64,000 nt of DNA from Phycisphaerae bacterium (GTDB lineage: Bacteria > Planctomycetota > Phycisphaerae > UBA1845 > Fen-1342), in assembly GCA_963675745.2 (NCBI GenBank), contig CAXXWX010000007.1:1-64000 (forward strand), in the 5' to 3' direction. Positions 36,835-47,036 of this stretch are shown here, in pieces (the first letter of the stretch is position 1; each line of letters opens with the position of its first letter). Under the pieces are notes generated by a model, which worked only from the letters and a program-made list of their open reading frames with translations, searched no databases and was not told the origin of the DNA. The position numbers were made by a program, and so were the translations under genes.

Positions 36835-39102
36835 TTACTCGTAAATGTGCGTGCTCTCGGTTTCGTCCACAGTACTGGTCATCTGGTCACTGATCATGGA
36901 GACCTTGAACCGGACGTCGCCAGGCTGTGTACCGCGCACCACCAGGTGGTACGTGGCCTTCGCTCGCGGTGCCAGCATCGGCAGAGGCGCGAACTTGACG
37001 GTCTTGCCGCTTGCCGTGCCGGTCGTCGGACCAGTCGAGGAGATGTACTCCTCTTCCGGCGGCAACTCGCACTCGATGGTGATGTTTGTGCCATCGGCGG
37101 AGCCCTGGTTGGTCACGGTAATGACGTACGTCTCGTTCATACCGACTTCGATCGGGTCGTCGATGTCGATGACCTCGAGCAGAATGGCCGGAATGCCCTT
37201 GATCTCCGTCACGAGCTCGGCTGAATCCTCGGCGCAGTAAGCCGTCGCGGTGACCGTGTTGCGGAGCTGGCCGCGGCGTGACGGCTTGATCGTTACTGAC
37301 ACGGTGCGCGACGCCTTGGCCTGCAGCGAGCCGAGGTTCCAGTTGACCTTGCCATTGGAGTACTGGCCGCCATCGCTGGCGTTTACGAACTCGACGCCAC
37401 CCGGCAACGTGTCAACCAGAACGGTGTCACGCGTGGCGATGTCGCCGGTATTCGTGACCGCGATCTCGTACGTCACATTGCGGCCGATGTACCGCAGGTC
37501 CGGCCCGGCCTTGGTGACCTGAAGCACCGGCTGGCGTACGACAGTCTCGCACGAGGCTTCGGCGGTCAGGCCGCCGGCGCCCGTCACGGTCGCCGTATTC
37601 GCAAAGCTGCCTGTGCGGCTGGCCTTGCCCTGGAAGCGGATCTCGCGTGACTGACCGGCGCCAAGTGTCCCGATGTTCTCGGTCACCGCGTTGCGGCCGT
37701 CAGTGGTCGTGATGCCCGCGGGCAACTGATCGGTGACCACCACGTTGGTCGCCGGGCCATCGCCGGTGTTGCGGACGGTGATCGTGTAGTCGATCACGTC
37801 GCAGATCACGATCTCGGGCGTGCAAACCTTATCGATCGTGAGCTGAGGCGCGGTCACGGTGGTCGTCGCACAGCAGCGCGATGACAGGCCGTAATCGCCA
37901 CGCACCTCGGCGCAGTTCTCAAACGTGCCGGTACGCGTCGCGCGGACCGTCATGTTGATCGTGCTGCTGCCGCGCGGCGGGATCGTGCCGAGCGACCAGT
38001 TGGTGCCCTGTGCCGGCGGGTTGGACGAGACCATCGTCAGGCCGTCCGGCAGCATGTCGGTGACTTCGATGCCGGTGGCATCAACGTCGGACGGGTTGGT
38101 GACGACGATGGTGTAGTTGAAGTCCTGGCCGGCGAGAACATTTGCCGGTCCCGACTTGTCACAGGAGATCTTCGGTCCGATCCAGGTCTTGCTGGTGAAG
38201 CCGGTTGCGATGTGTGCCGCCGGCTCGCAGCACTGGACGTTCTCCGGACGAATAATCTCGATCTCGACGTTGTTGGTGCCTTCGGCGGGCTGAGTCTGCC
38301 GCAGCGTGACGGCTGCGCGGCCGCTCGAGTCGGTTTCGACCATAGCGGTCTGGCCGCCCTGCTCGAAGGATCCCGCCGGCCCGTCAACAATGCGGTAGTT
38401 GACGATATACCCGGCCAGAGGCGTGCCGTCGGAGTGCTTCATGACCATCGTGACGAATTCGTGCGTCGTGCCGATCGGATTCGTCGCCGGCGGCGGGAAC
38501 TCCCAAGCCACGTCATACCAGTGCTTGACGGCAAAGACCTTGTGCTTGTTCCAGTCGTAGATACCCGGCGCGTAGGCGGTGATGTGCGTGTCACCCTCGA
38601 CCGGCGACGTAATCACACACCAAGTCTGGCCGGCGGTGAGCTCGATATCGTCCGAGGGGTCGTCATTACCCAGATCCAGGACGTGGTCGAAGTTGTTGGT
38701 GTGCGAGATGGCGTAGTGGTTGTCCACCTTGTAACCGCGACTGGCGCGCCAGCCGCTCTCGTCCACCTCGACGATGTCGCCGACGCTGCCTTCCGCGATC
38801 ATCCACTCGACCCGCCGATTGGGCAGTGGCTTGCCGTCCTTGTCCTTGACGGTCGCGATCAGGATGTGCTGCGTGCGGACGGGGTTGACGTCTTTCTCGG
38901 GTGTGACCACGAGTTCGACCGCGTACGGATCCCAGTTTTTGTAATACCCGCCCTCTGGTGGCTTGGCGTGAGTCTGCTGGATGTCACCACCCGCCGGCCA
39001 CGTTAATATGCGGTGGGGCATATGGTTCCGGCAACCCAACAGACCGACCATCCCGATGGCGGTTAACATCAAGATGATTTGCGTCGCTTTCCGTTTACTC
39101 AT
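36835..39102 (-). CDS. DUF11-repeat OmcB-like lipoprotein (paralogue 1)
   Basis: Lipobox LLG-C; Ig-like N-terminal part; DUF11 repeats; same ESTHIYE C-terminus; CC motifs. Confidence 0.8.
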   Translation of the reverse strand: MSKRKATQIILMLTAIGMVGLLGCRNHMPHRILTWPAGGDIQQTHAKPPEGGYYKNWDPYAVELVVTPEKDVNPVRTQHILIATVKDKDGKPLPNRRVEWMIAEGSVGDIVEVDESGWRASRGYKVDNHYAISHTNNFDHVLDLGNDDPSDDIELTAGQTWCVITSPVEGDTHITAYAPGIYDWNKHKVFAVKHWYDVAWEFPPPATNPIGTTHEFVTMVMKHSDGTPLAGYIVNYRIVDGPAGSFEQGGQTAMVETDSSGRAAVTLRQTQPAEGTNNVEIEIIRPENVQCCEPAAHIATGFTSKTWIGPKISCDKSGPANVLAGQDFNYTIVVTNPSDVDATGIEVTDMLPDGLTMVSSNPPAQGTNWSLGTIPPRGSSTINMTVRATRTGTFENCAEVRGDYGLSSRCCATTTVTAPQLTIDKVCTPEIVICDVIDYTITVRNTGDGPATNVVVTDQLPAGITTTDGRNAVTENIGTLGAGQSREIRFQGKASRTGSFANTATVTGAGGLTAEASCETVVRQPVLQVTKAGPDLRYIGRNVTYEIAVTNTGDIATRDTVLVDTLPGGVEFVNASDGGQYSNGKVNWNLGSLQAKASRTVSVTIKPSRRGQLRNTVTATAYCAEDSAELVTEIKGIPAILLEVIDIDDPIEVGMNETYVITVTNQGSADGTNITIECELPPEEEYISSTGPTTGTASGKTVKFAPLPMLAPRAKATYHLVVRGTQPGDVRFKVSMISDQMTSTVDETESTHIYE

Positions 39103-39442
39103 CACACTCTCCGTAGACTGGCCTCGGGACGAAAGTTCGACAGGAACGATCTTGCGTTCCTGAAAATGCCACAATCAACAACTTATCGGCTGTTCCGCCT
39201 GCGATCTATCACCCGCCTTCACTCCGCGGGCAAACAAATACGACATGATTCAGCGCTCTACACGCACCAATCCGTCCACTATTAAGGAGCACGCCAACCC
39301 ACATGACCGTCTGGCGTTCCCGCGCAACCTCAGAGACTTCTCGGCCGCGATGCGCTCTGCAGCGTGGAATACTAGTAGCGCGCTCCCGCTTTGACAAGGG
39401 TTTATCCACGCCTTTATCGCGCCCTCTGCGCGAGCCACGCCG

Positions 39443-40567
39443 TCAAGGTTCCGGCTCCTCAGCGGCCTCTTCAGCGCTTTCAACCGGGATTTGCAGCACC
39501 GTGCCAACCGGCAATCGGTTAGGCGACGTGAGACGATCGCGGTTCAGCGCATAGATTTCCGGCCAGCGCGATGCGTCCCCAAGAAAGTGCATCGCGATAT
39601 GCGACAGCGTGTCGCCGCGCTCGACAACATATCGGCGAGTTGCCGGTTTCGTTTGATCCGTGGTCGGCTGAACGTCGGCGTCCGGCGGCGGAGTCTTGAC
39701 CGGCGGCGGGGACGGCGCCGTGGCCGGAGTCGGTGTTGGGGGCGGCGCCGTAACTGGTTGTGAATCAGCAGCTTGCGCGCCGTCGGGCGCCTCCGCGTCG
39801 GTCTGAGTGGCTACCGCCGCGTGGTCAGGACGCACCAGGTCACGTATCGCGCGGCTCACCCACGCCTCGGTACTGTCGTGCGCCGTTCGCAACAGGTCGG
39901 TCGGTTCCGTCGGCGTTGTCTCGGCTGCCGCGGACTCGGCCCCATCCGGCTCGTCGACCGCCCGAACCGCTGGGTCGGCGCCGCGCTCCGCGCGGGGCGT
40001 TCGCTTCCGGACGACGGTTTGCGACCCATCGAGTCGCGTTTCTCGATCCTGTTCCGGCGGGGCCGCTGCGTCAGTCGAGGCACGTCTGGCGCGCTTGATG
40101 CTGTACACCGGCAACATTGTCATTTCTTGAGCCAGACACTCGCCGTCAGGCCGGTACAACCCAAATGTCGCCAACACCGGGACGTCGTCGGCGTGAATCT
40201 CCAGCTCGGTTGCCGGAATCGTGACGCTGACGTCCTCGAGCACCCAGGGAGAATCGTGTACGAGCAGCGCCCGGCTGGCTGCGACGTTACCCGCCGTGTT
40301 CTGAAAGCGCTTGTTCGCCGACTTGATCGGTCGAAACGCCGAGTTGACCAGGCCGATTCGATAGACGACCTGCTCGCCGGCCAGGCCCCGAGTTCTGATG
40401 GTGGACCTGAACCGCACGGATTCAAGTTGCCGGCCTTTCTGCACGCGTTCGCAGGCGAAGCTGACGAACTTCACGCTCGGCGACAAGCAGCCGCTGAGCA
40501 GCCCCAAGCACAGAGTCGGCAAGAGCACCACGAGAACAGGTCGTAAAGCACGCCGAAATCGCCACAT
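39443..40567 (-). CDS. LysM peptidoglycan-binding lipoprotein
   Basis: GGAGG RBS 8 nt before ATG 40567; lipobox LSG-C; Pro/Thr linker; YVVERGDTLSHIA..FLGDASRWPEIY..N LysM. Confidence 0.85.
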   Translation of the reverse strand: MWRFRRALRPVLVVLLPTLCLGLLSGCLSPSVKFVSFACERVQKGRQLESVRFRSTIRTRGLAGEQVVYRIGLVNSAFRPIKSANKRFQNTAGNVAASRALLVHDSPWVLEDVSVTIPATELEIHADDVPVLATFGLYRPDGECLAQEMTMLPVYSIKRARRASTDAAAPPEQDRETRLDGSQTVVRKRTPRAERGADPAVRAVDEPDGAESAAAETTPTEPTDLLRTAHDSTEAWVSRAIRDLVRPDHAAVATQTDAEAPDGAQAADSQPVTAPPPTPTPATAPSPPPVKTPPPDADVQPTTDQTKPATRRYVVERGDTLSHIAMHFLGDASRWPEIYALNRDRLTSPNRLPVGTVLQIPVESAEEAAEEPEP

Positions 40568-40770
40568 CCTGTGTGCCTCCGGTCGATCGCCCCACAATGC
40601 CCGGCTGGCCTCGTCGCGCATCCTGCCCACGAAGCAGGCGCATTAGACCACCAGCCGCGGACGTTTTCCATTCCCCGCGCAGCGGTTTTGTGAGCGAGCT
40701 GGCGTCGTCGGCGCTGGTGGTGGAAGGCCGGCGGTGTTGCGATATCATCCGGGGTTTACGGATACACTCG

Positions 40771-41685
40771 ATGAACGCCGCTCTCGAACAGCCCGTTGTC
40801 GTTGCCCGCGACCTGCTGAAGGCGTATGGCGAGTTGCGCGCGGTGGACGGCGTCAGCTTCGAACTGGCCCAGAACCGCTGTGTGGGGTTCCTCGGGCCAA
40901 ACGGCGCCGGCAAGACCACGCTGATGCGCATGATCTTCAGCCTGGTCGCCAAGACCGCGGGTGACTTGAGCGTCTTCGGCATGACGCCCATGCGTCAGCG
41001 CAAGCAGATCAATAAGCATGTCGGCGTCGTGTTCCAGGAGAACAATCTTGACGAGGAGCTTGATGCCACCGACTCGCTGCTTGTACACGGCCTGTATTGC
41101 GGGCTCGACCAGCGCACCGCGAAACGGCGCATAGCCGACCTGCTCGATTGGATGGGCCTGGCAGCCAAGTCAAAGAGCATGATCCGCGAGTTGTCGGGCG
41201 GGATGGTGCGGCGGCTGATGATCGCGCGCGCCCTGCTGAACCAGCCCAGGCTGCTCATCCTCGATGAGCCGACAACCGGCCTGGACCCGCAGGTTCGCCA
41301 CGCCATCTGGGCGCTGCTGCGCGAACTGAAGCGGCAGGGAATGACAATTCTGCTCACGACCCACTACATGGAAGAAGCCCAGCAGCTCAGTGACCAGGTG
41401 ATGATCATGGACCACGGTAAGGTCGTGATCAGTGGATCGCCGCAGGGGTTGATCGACCAGCACCTGGAGCGTTACGTGCTTCAAGCCTCGGGCCTGGGGG
41501 TGCGGCCGTCGTGTGACGGCGACGTGCGTCACGAGCGGGCCGGCGACGCGGACTATTTCTACGCCGACCGCGAAGCCCCGTTACAGGCGCTCTACGACCG
41601 GCTCGACTCGCGTTTTGCCGTGTTGCGGCACGCAAATCTCGAGGACGTGTTCCTGAAATTCACCGGACATGGACTGCACGAATGA
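40771..41685 (+). CDS. ABC-2 exporter ATP-binding subunit (NodI/DrrA-like)
   Basis: GPNGAGKTT, LSGGM, ILDEPTTGLDPQ, LTTHYMEEA. Confidence 0.92.
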   Translation: MNAALEQPVVVARDLLKAYGELRAVDGVSFELAQNRCVGFLGPNGAGKTTLMRMIFSLVAKTAGDLSVFGMTPMRQRKQINKHVGVVFQENNLDEELDATDSLLVHGLYCGLDQRTAKRRIADLLDWMGLAAKSKSMIRELSGGMVRRLMIARALLNQPRLLILDEPTTGLDPQVRHAIWALLRELKRQGMTILLTTHYMEEAQQLSDQVMIMDHGKVVISGSPQGLIDQHLERYVLQASGLGVRPSCDGDVRHERAGDADYFYADREAPLQALYDRLDSRFAVLRHANLEDVFLKFTGHGLHE

Positions 41686-42509
41686 GTGACGCCGCCGCAC
41701 CGTCCTTTCTGACACCTGATCATCGAGCCACGCTGCGCACCGGGTTGCTGTGGAGTCTTTATGGCGTCTGGTTGCGCCACGTGAAGGTCTATTGCCGTTC
41801 GCTGCTGGCCAACGCGATGCCGCCGGTGCTCGAACCGCTGTTTTTCTTTACGGCGATGGCGTTTGGCCTGTCGAATTACCTGACGACGGACAAGTTTGAC
41901 GGGCTGACCTACTCTGCCTACCTGGCCAGCGGGATTGTGGTCAGCTCGTCGATGTTCACCGGCGTGTTCGAGACCACGTACAGCGCGTTTGTCCGCCTGA
42001 CCTGGCAGAAGACATACGACGCCATGCTGAGCACGCATCTGCGCCTCAATGAAGTGTTCGCGGGCGAGCTGATCTTCTGCGGCACAAAGGGGCTCACATT
42101 CGCCGCTGTCGTCATGCTGATCACGACTCTATTCGGCGTGAGACTCACGTGGTGGTGTGCGCTCGTGCCGCTGGTTGGTTTCGCTACGGCGTATCTCTTT
42201 GGGGCGATCGGCCTGATCGTCACCAGCTTTGTGAAAATGATCCAGAACTTCACGTTTTTCACGACCGGCGTGATCACTCCGTTGTTCTTCTTCAGCGGGA
42301 CATTCTTCCCGGTCAAAGGCAGCGGCATGGTTGTGGTTGATGTGCTCTGGTTTCTGCTTCCGCTCTCGCACTCGGTCGAACTCTCGCGAGCGCTGTACAA
42401 GGCCGAGTTCGGCGCGATGACGCTGGCGCATGCCGGCATGATGGTGTTCTACATCGCGGTCTGCCACCATTTCGCGATGCGCCGCATGCGCATTCGCATA
42501 TTTGGTTAG
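41682..42509 (+). CDS. ABC-2 exporter permease (NodJ-like)
   Basis: LEPLFF, FETTYSAFVRL..QKTYDAML, PLFFFSGTFFP; ATGA coupling. Confidence 0.88.
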   Translation: MSDAAAPSFLTPDHRATLRTGLLWSLYGVWLRHVKVYCRSLLANAMPPVLEPLFFFTAMAFGLSNYLTTDKFDGLTYSAYLASGIVVSSSMFTGVFETTYSAFVRLTWQKTYDAMLSTHLRLNEVFAGELIFCGTKGLTFAAVVMLITTLFGVRLTWWCALVPLVGFATAYLFGAIGLIVTSFVKMIQNFTFFTTGVITPLFFFSGTFFPVKGSGMVVVDVLWFLLPLSHSVELSRALYKAEFGAMTLAHAGMMVFYIAVCHHFAMRRMRIRIFG

Positions 42510-42589
42510 CGCAACCTGGCGCGCAGCAATTTGATTCTGTTGCACATATCGGGGATCTGGCACTAAGATCACGACAGACCCAGGTGGCA

Positions 42590-43576
42590 ATGAACATCCG
42601 CCCGACGACATCTCCGGAAGCGCTGGCAGTGATCGAACAGCCGGTCACCGCCGAGTGTACGATCGTTGACCCGGCATCCACCACTCCGCGGACCGTAACA
42701 CCTCGCCTGGCAGTTATTTATGCGGTCGCGGCGTATAGTGCCTGGGGGCTGGTCCCGATCTACTTCAACGCGGTCGCGCACGTTGGCCCCCTGGAAGTTC
42801 TGGCCCACCGCATCCTCTGGTCAGTGGTCTTTCTGCTGCCGTTTATCTGGCTTGGCCGGCGCTGGTCCGAAGTGTGGCAGGCCCTGCGCTCACGACGCGT
42901 TTTGCTGACCCTGTGCCTGACGACGCTGCTGATCGCCGGCAACTGGGGGATATTCATCTACTCCGTCGTGAGTCACCAGGTGATTCAGGCGAGCCTGGGG
43001 TACTTCATCAATCCGCTCATCAACGTACTGCTCGGCTTCGTGTTCCTGCGCGAGCGCCTCAGGCCATGGCAGGCCGTCAGCGTCGTGCTGGCCAGCATCG
43101 GCGTGCTCGCCTTTGTGCTCGCCAACAACGCGCTGCCGGGTATCGCGCTGGTTCTGGCGTTTTCATTTGGCTTTTACGGCCTGCTGCGCAAGACCGCGCC
43201 GGTCGAGGGGCTGGCGGGGCTGCTGATCGAAACGACAATTCTGTCGCCGGTCGCGCTTATCTACCTGATGTACCTCGGGGCCGTCGGACAGCGGGCTTTT
43301 GCCTCCGGTGACCTCGGGCTCGACTTCCTCCTGGCGCTGGCGGGAGTCGTGACCGCGCTCCCGCTGCTGTGGTTCGCCATCGCCGCCCGCCGATTGCGCC
43401 TGACCACGATGGGCTTCCTGCAATACCTCGCTCCGACGGGCCATTTCCTCTGCGCGATGTACTTCGGCGAGACGTTTACGTGGGGACACGCGGTCACGTT
43501 CGCGTTCATCTGGGTGGCGCTGGCCGTGTACTCCGCGGATTCGGTGGCGGCGGCGAAGCGCCGGCAGCCGCAGTAG
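42590..43576 (+). CDS. rarD: EamA family transporter RarD
   Basis: AWGLVPIYF, EVLAHRILWS, QASLGYFINPL, GFLQYLAPT. Confidence 0.9.
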   Translation: MNIRPTTSPEALAVIEQPVTAECTIVDPASTTPRTVTPRLAVIYAVAAYSAWGLVPIYFNAVAHVGPLEVLAHRILWSVVFLLPFIWLGRRWSEVWQALRSRRVLLTLCLTTLLIAGNWGIFIYSVVSHQVIQASLGYFINPLINVLLGFVFLRERLRPWQAVSVVLASIGVLAFVLANNALPGIALVLAFSFGFYGLLRKTAPVEGLAGLLIETTILSPVALIYLMYLGAVGQRAFASGDLGLDFLLALAGVVTALPLLWFAIAARRLRLTTMGFLQYLAPTGHFLCAMYFGETFTWGHAVTFAFIWVALAVYSADSVAAAKRRQPQ

Positions 43577-43586
43577 GGCAGTAGCA

Positions 43587-43681
43587 GTAGGGTACGTCGA
43601 GCGCAGCGAGACCTGCCGCCTGTTTCCCGCGACGCGCCGCCCATTCTCCGCGACACGTCGCTCTTCGCAGCCGCTCCCTAC
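43587..43681. repeat. degenerate inverted GTAG REP-like pair
   Basis: GTAG-GGTACGTC-N11-GACCTGCC (43587-43617) facing CCCTAC at 43676-43681, between convergent genes. Confidence 0.4.
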
Positions 43682-46600
43682 TCCATCTTCCACTGCGGGA
43701 TTCGTCCCGGCGTCCACGGCGCGCCGGCCTGCTCGAGTTCGGCCTCGAGACGTTTCAAGTCGGTTTCGACAAGGCGACGCAGCTCCGAAAGAACCTCGGC
43801 GAACTCAGTGCCGGCATACCGGTACGCATCCTGCTGCGTCTGCGTCGGCCCCGTTGTCGTGTACCACTGGTTCCAGGCGACGTCATTGATGCGCGCGCTG
43901 ATCGATGGCGGAGTTGGCTCCATACGTTTGTTCCGCGTATCGTCGCCGCGCAGCCTGACGAGCAGCTTGTTCAGTTGCTTGTCGAGCGCATCGATCCTCG
44001 CCAGGAGTGCCGGGTCGGCGGCCGGCGTGTCGATGAGCGCCTTGCGAAGATGCGTCAGACGCGTACGGACCTCACCGGCGGTTCTCAACGCGCCCTCGAC
44101 CGCGCCGCGCAGTCGGGCGACTTTCTGCTGAAACGCGACCGACTGCGCACGTTCCTGCGCTGTCTGTGTAATCGCATCCAGCGGGACGACCTCAAACTGC
44201 TCCGGGACCGCCAGCGCGGTGATGATCCCATCAACTTCGCGACAGAGCGTTACCGCGTACTTGCCCGGCGGCGCCAGGCGGCCGACCGGGTCATCGTCCC
44301 AGGGATCGGGTTCGGGCGGTTTGATCTCTGTTGGTGTGATCGCCGGGAAGCGCAGATCCCACGCCACGCGCTGGAAGCCCTTCTCACGCGGCCCGGTCAC
44401 GCGCCGCACGACATTGCCCGCCGCATCGCGGACGATGAGCACGATCGAAGGCACCTTCTCCTCATCCTCAGCCCGCAGCTCTTCGATGGTCGGAACGGTC
44501 ACCGCACGTCCTTCGGCGCGGGCTTGCTTTTCAGCCTCCTGTCGCCGCTCCTTGCGCGTGGTGAGCTTTTCCTTCAGGTAATAGGTGAACACGGCGCCGA
44601 ACGGGGGATTGGGCGCGGCGAAGAATGACGCCCCCTGCGAGCCCTTGCCGTTGCGCCCGCCCAGCCGCGAACGTTCGATGTATCGCAACGCCGTCTTGAC
44701 GGGGAACAGCACCACGTCTTGCGCAAGCAGACTTTCAGTGACCGTTCGCAACGGCGTGTAGTCGTCAAGAATGTAGATGCCGCGGCCAAACGTGCCAAGC
44801 ACCAGGTCGTTCTCGCGCCGCTGGATAACCAGGTCGCGCACGGAGATAGTCGGCATATCGCCGGTGAGCTTGATCCAGCGCTGCCCTCCATCCACGGTGA
44901 AGTAGGCGCCGAATTCGGTGCCGGTGAACAGCAACGCGGCTTGCTCATGATCCTCGTCGATCGTGTAGACGATGTCCCGCGGCGGCAGATCGCCGGCGAT
45001 CGGTGACCAGTTGCGCCCGCGGTCACGGCTGACCAGCAAGTAGGGCCGGAAATCACCGTTCTTGTGATTGTCGAAGGCGGCGTAAACCGTGTCGGCGTTG
45101 TGCCGCGAGGCGAGCAGGCAACTGATATACGTCATCTCGGGCACTCCGGTGAAACGCTCCAGGCGTCGCCAGTTCTTTCCGCCGTCCTCGGTCACCTGGA
45201 TCAGGCCGTCGTCTGTGCCAACATAGATGAGCCCCTCGACCAACGGCGACTCGGACAGGCTTACCGCGTTGCCGAAGAACGACGTGTTCCAGTGTTTGGC
45301 GACGGCATCCGCGCTCTGGATGCGTCCCATGACCTCGAGCTGGTTGCGATCCAACTGCCGCGTCAGGTCGCCGCTGATTGCCGTCCAGCTATTGCCGCGA
45401 TCGTCTGAACGGAACAGCCGATTCGCCGCGAAGTACAGTCGGTGGTGGTTGTGCGGGCTGAGTATCAGCGGGCTGTCCCAGTTCCAGCGATCCGGCGGCT
45501 CGCCCGGCGCCTCATGCGGCTTGATATCGACGCGCTCGCCGGTGCGCTTATCAAAGCGAATTAGCCCGCCGTATTGCCATTGACTGTAGACGATGTTCGG
45601 GTCAACCGGATCGATCTGGGTCTTGTAGCCGTCGCCGCCCACTGTCTCAAACCAGTGCTCGTTGGCGATGCCGATGCGGTCGCGCGTGCGTGCCGGGGCG
45701 CCCAGCGTGTTGTTGTCCTGCGTGCCGCCGTAGACGTTGTAGAACGGTGCGGCCTCGTCGGCGCTGACGCGGTAGAACTGCGTTACGGAGAGGTTGGCCT
45801 TGAAGGCCCAGTTCTCGCCGAGCTCGTGACTTTCATAGACGCCGCCGTCGCAGCCGACCAGCAGATGGTTGTTGTTATCCGGATCGATCCACAGGGCGTG
45901 GTCGTCCACATGCCGGTTGTGGCGCGGTACGCGTTGGAAGGTTTTGCCGCCGTCCTCGGTCCGTTGCATGAACGTGTCGAGCGCATACACGCGATCGACC
46001 TTCACCGGATCGCAGATGATCTCGTTGTAGTATTGCGGGCTGGTGGTCATATAGTCGCTGCGCTTCTCCCACGTCTCGCCGCGATCGGTTGAGCGGAAGA
46101 ATCCGCCCCTGCCGTCGGCGGCCTCGATGATCGCATAGATCACGTCGGGATTCGGAGGAGAAACCGCCAACCCGATGCGCCCCATGTCCATCTCGGGCAG
46201 TCCGGTGGTGAGCTTGCGCCAGTGGATGCCGGCGTCGGTTGACTTGTATATGGCCGACTCCGGACCGCCGTCGATCAAAGTCCACACGCGGCGGCGGCGC
46301 TGATACGCCGATGCGTAGAACACGTCCGGGTCGCGCGGATCCATGTGTACTTCGTTCACGCCGGTATCGTCACTGATGCGCAGAACGCAGGTCCAGGTTT
46401 CGCCGCCATTGGTGGTCTTGTAGAGGCCGCGCTGTGGTCCGGGTCGCCAGAGGGGGCCCTGCGCCGCGACGTATACTGTGTCGGAGTCGCGGGGATCGAC
46501 AAGAATCATGCCGATGTGCTCGGAGTCGTTCAGCCCCATGTTCTGCCAGCTCTTTCCACCGTCGCGCGTGCGATAGACGCCGTCGCCGAACGCAACGCTG

Positions 46601-46980
46601 CGCTGGCTGTTGTTCTCACCGGTGCCGACCCAGACGACCAGCGGATTATGCGGGTCCATCGTCACGCAGCCGATCGAGAATGAGCCCTGTTTGTCGAACA
46701 CGGGTGTCCAGGTCGTGCCGGAGTTCACGGTTTTCCACACGCCGCCCGACGCAACCGCCACGTAGTAGTGCGCAGGATTGTCGGGGTCGACGGCAAAGTC
46801 CGCGACGCGTCCAGCCATCAGTGCGGGACCAAGCGAGCGCAGCTTGAGACCCGCGAATGTCTCGGCCGACATGAGCTCCTGTTCCTCTTCGGCCGGGTGG
46901 CTGGAAACCTGGTTCGGCTCACCGGGGGCCAGCGAGACGGTGATTGCACAGGCGCTGGCAAGGATCAATAGACCACGCAT
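43678..46980 (-). CDS. secreted BNR/Asp-box (VPS10/GH74-like beta-propeller) protein
   Basis: Signal peptide; LRSLGPALMAGRV; many S/T-x-D-x-G-x-x-W repeats; GGTQDN; C-terminal coiled coil. Confidence 0.85.
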   Translation of the reverse strand: MRGLLILASACAITVSLAPGEPNQVSSHPAEEEQELMSAETFAGLKLRSLGPALMAGRVADFAVDPDNPAHYYVAVASGGVWKTVNSGTTWTPVFDKQGSFSIGCVTMDPHNPLVVWVGTGENNSQRSVAFGDGVYRTRDGGKSWQNMGLNDSEHIGMILVDPRDSDTVYVAAQGPLWRPGPQRGLYKTTNGGETWTCVLRISDDTGVNEVHMDPRDPDVFYASAYQRRRRVWTLIDGGPESAIYKSTDAGIHWRKLTTGLPEMDMGRIGLAVSPPNPDVIYAIIEAADGRGGFFRSTDRGETWEKRSDYMTTSPQYYNEIICDPVKVDRVYALDTFMQRTEDGGKTFQRVPRHNRHVDDHALWIDPDNNNHLLVGCDGGVYESHELGENWAFKANLSVTQFYRVSADEAAPFYNVYGGTQDNNTLGAPARTRDRIGIANEHWFETVGGDGYKTQIDPVDPNIVYSQWQYGGLIRFDKRTGERVDIKPHEAPGEPPDRWNWDSPLILSPHNHHRLYFAANRLFRSDDRGNSWTAISGDLTRQLDRNQLEVMGRIQSADAVAKHWNTSFFGNAVSLSESPLVEGLIYVGTDDGLIQVTEDGGKNWRRLERFTGVPEMTYISCLLASRHNADTVYAAFDNHKNGDFRPYLLVSRDRGRNWSPIAGDLPPRDIVYTIDEDHEQAALLFTGTEFGAYFTVDGGQRWIKLTGDMPTISVRDLVIQRRENDLVLGTFGRGIYILDDYTPLRTVTESLLAQDVVLFPVKTALRYIERSRLGGRNGKGSQGASFFAAPNPPFGAVFTYYLKEKLTTRKERRQEAEKQARAEGRAVTVPTIEELRAEDEEKVPSIVLIVRDAAGNVVRRVTGPREKGFQRVAWDLRFPAITPTEIKPPEPDPWDDDPVGRLAPPGKYAVTLCREVDGIITALAVPEQFEVVPLDAITQTAQERAQSVAFQQKVARLRGAVEGALRTAGEVRTRLTHLRKALIDTPAADPALLARIDALDKQLNKLLVRLRGDDTRNKRMEPTPPSISARINDVAWNQWYTTTGPTQTQQDAYRYAGTEFAEVLSELRRLVETDLKRLEAELEQAGAPWTPGRIPQWKME

Positions 46981-47036
46981 CGTTCTTCCTCTCGTTCGCT
47001 TGACGTATGTGGCGCACATACTGTGATTCCGTGATG

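Noticed and set aside
40771..42509. Nod-factor export system
   Set aside because: NodI/NodJ-like ABC-2 pairs are widespread and no nodABC-like genes are present
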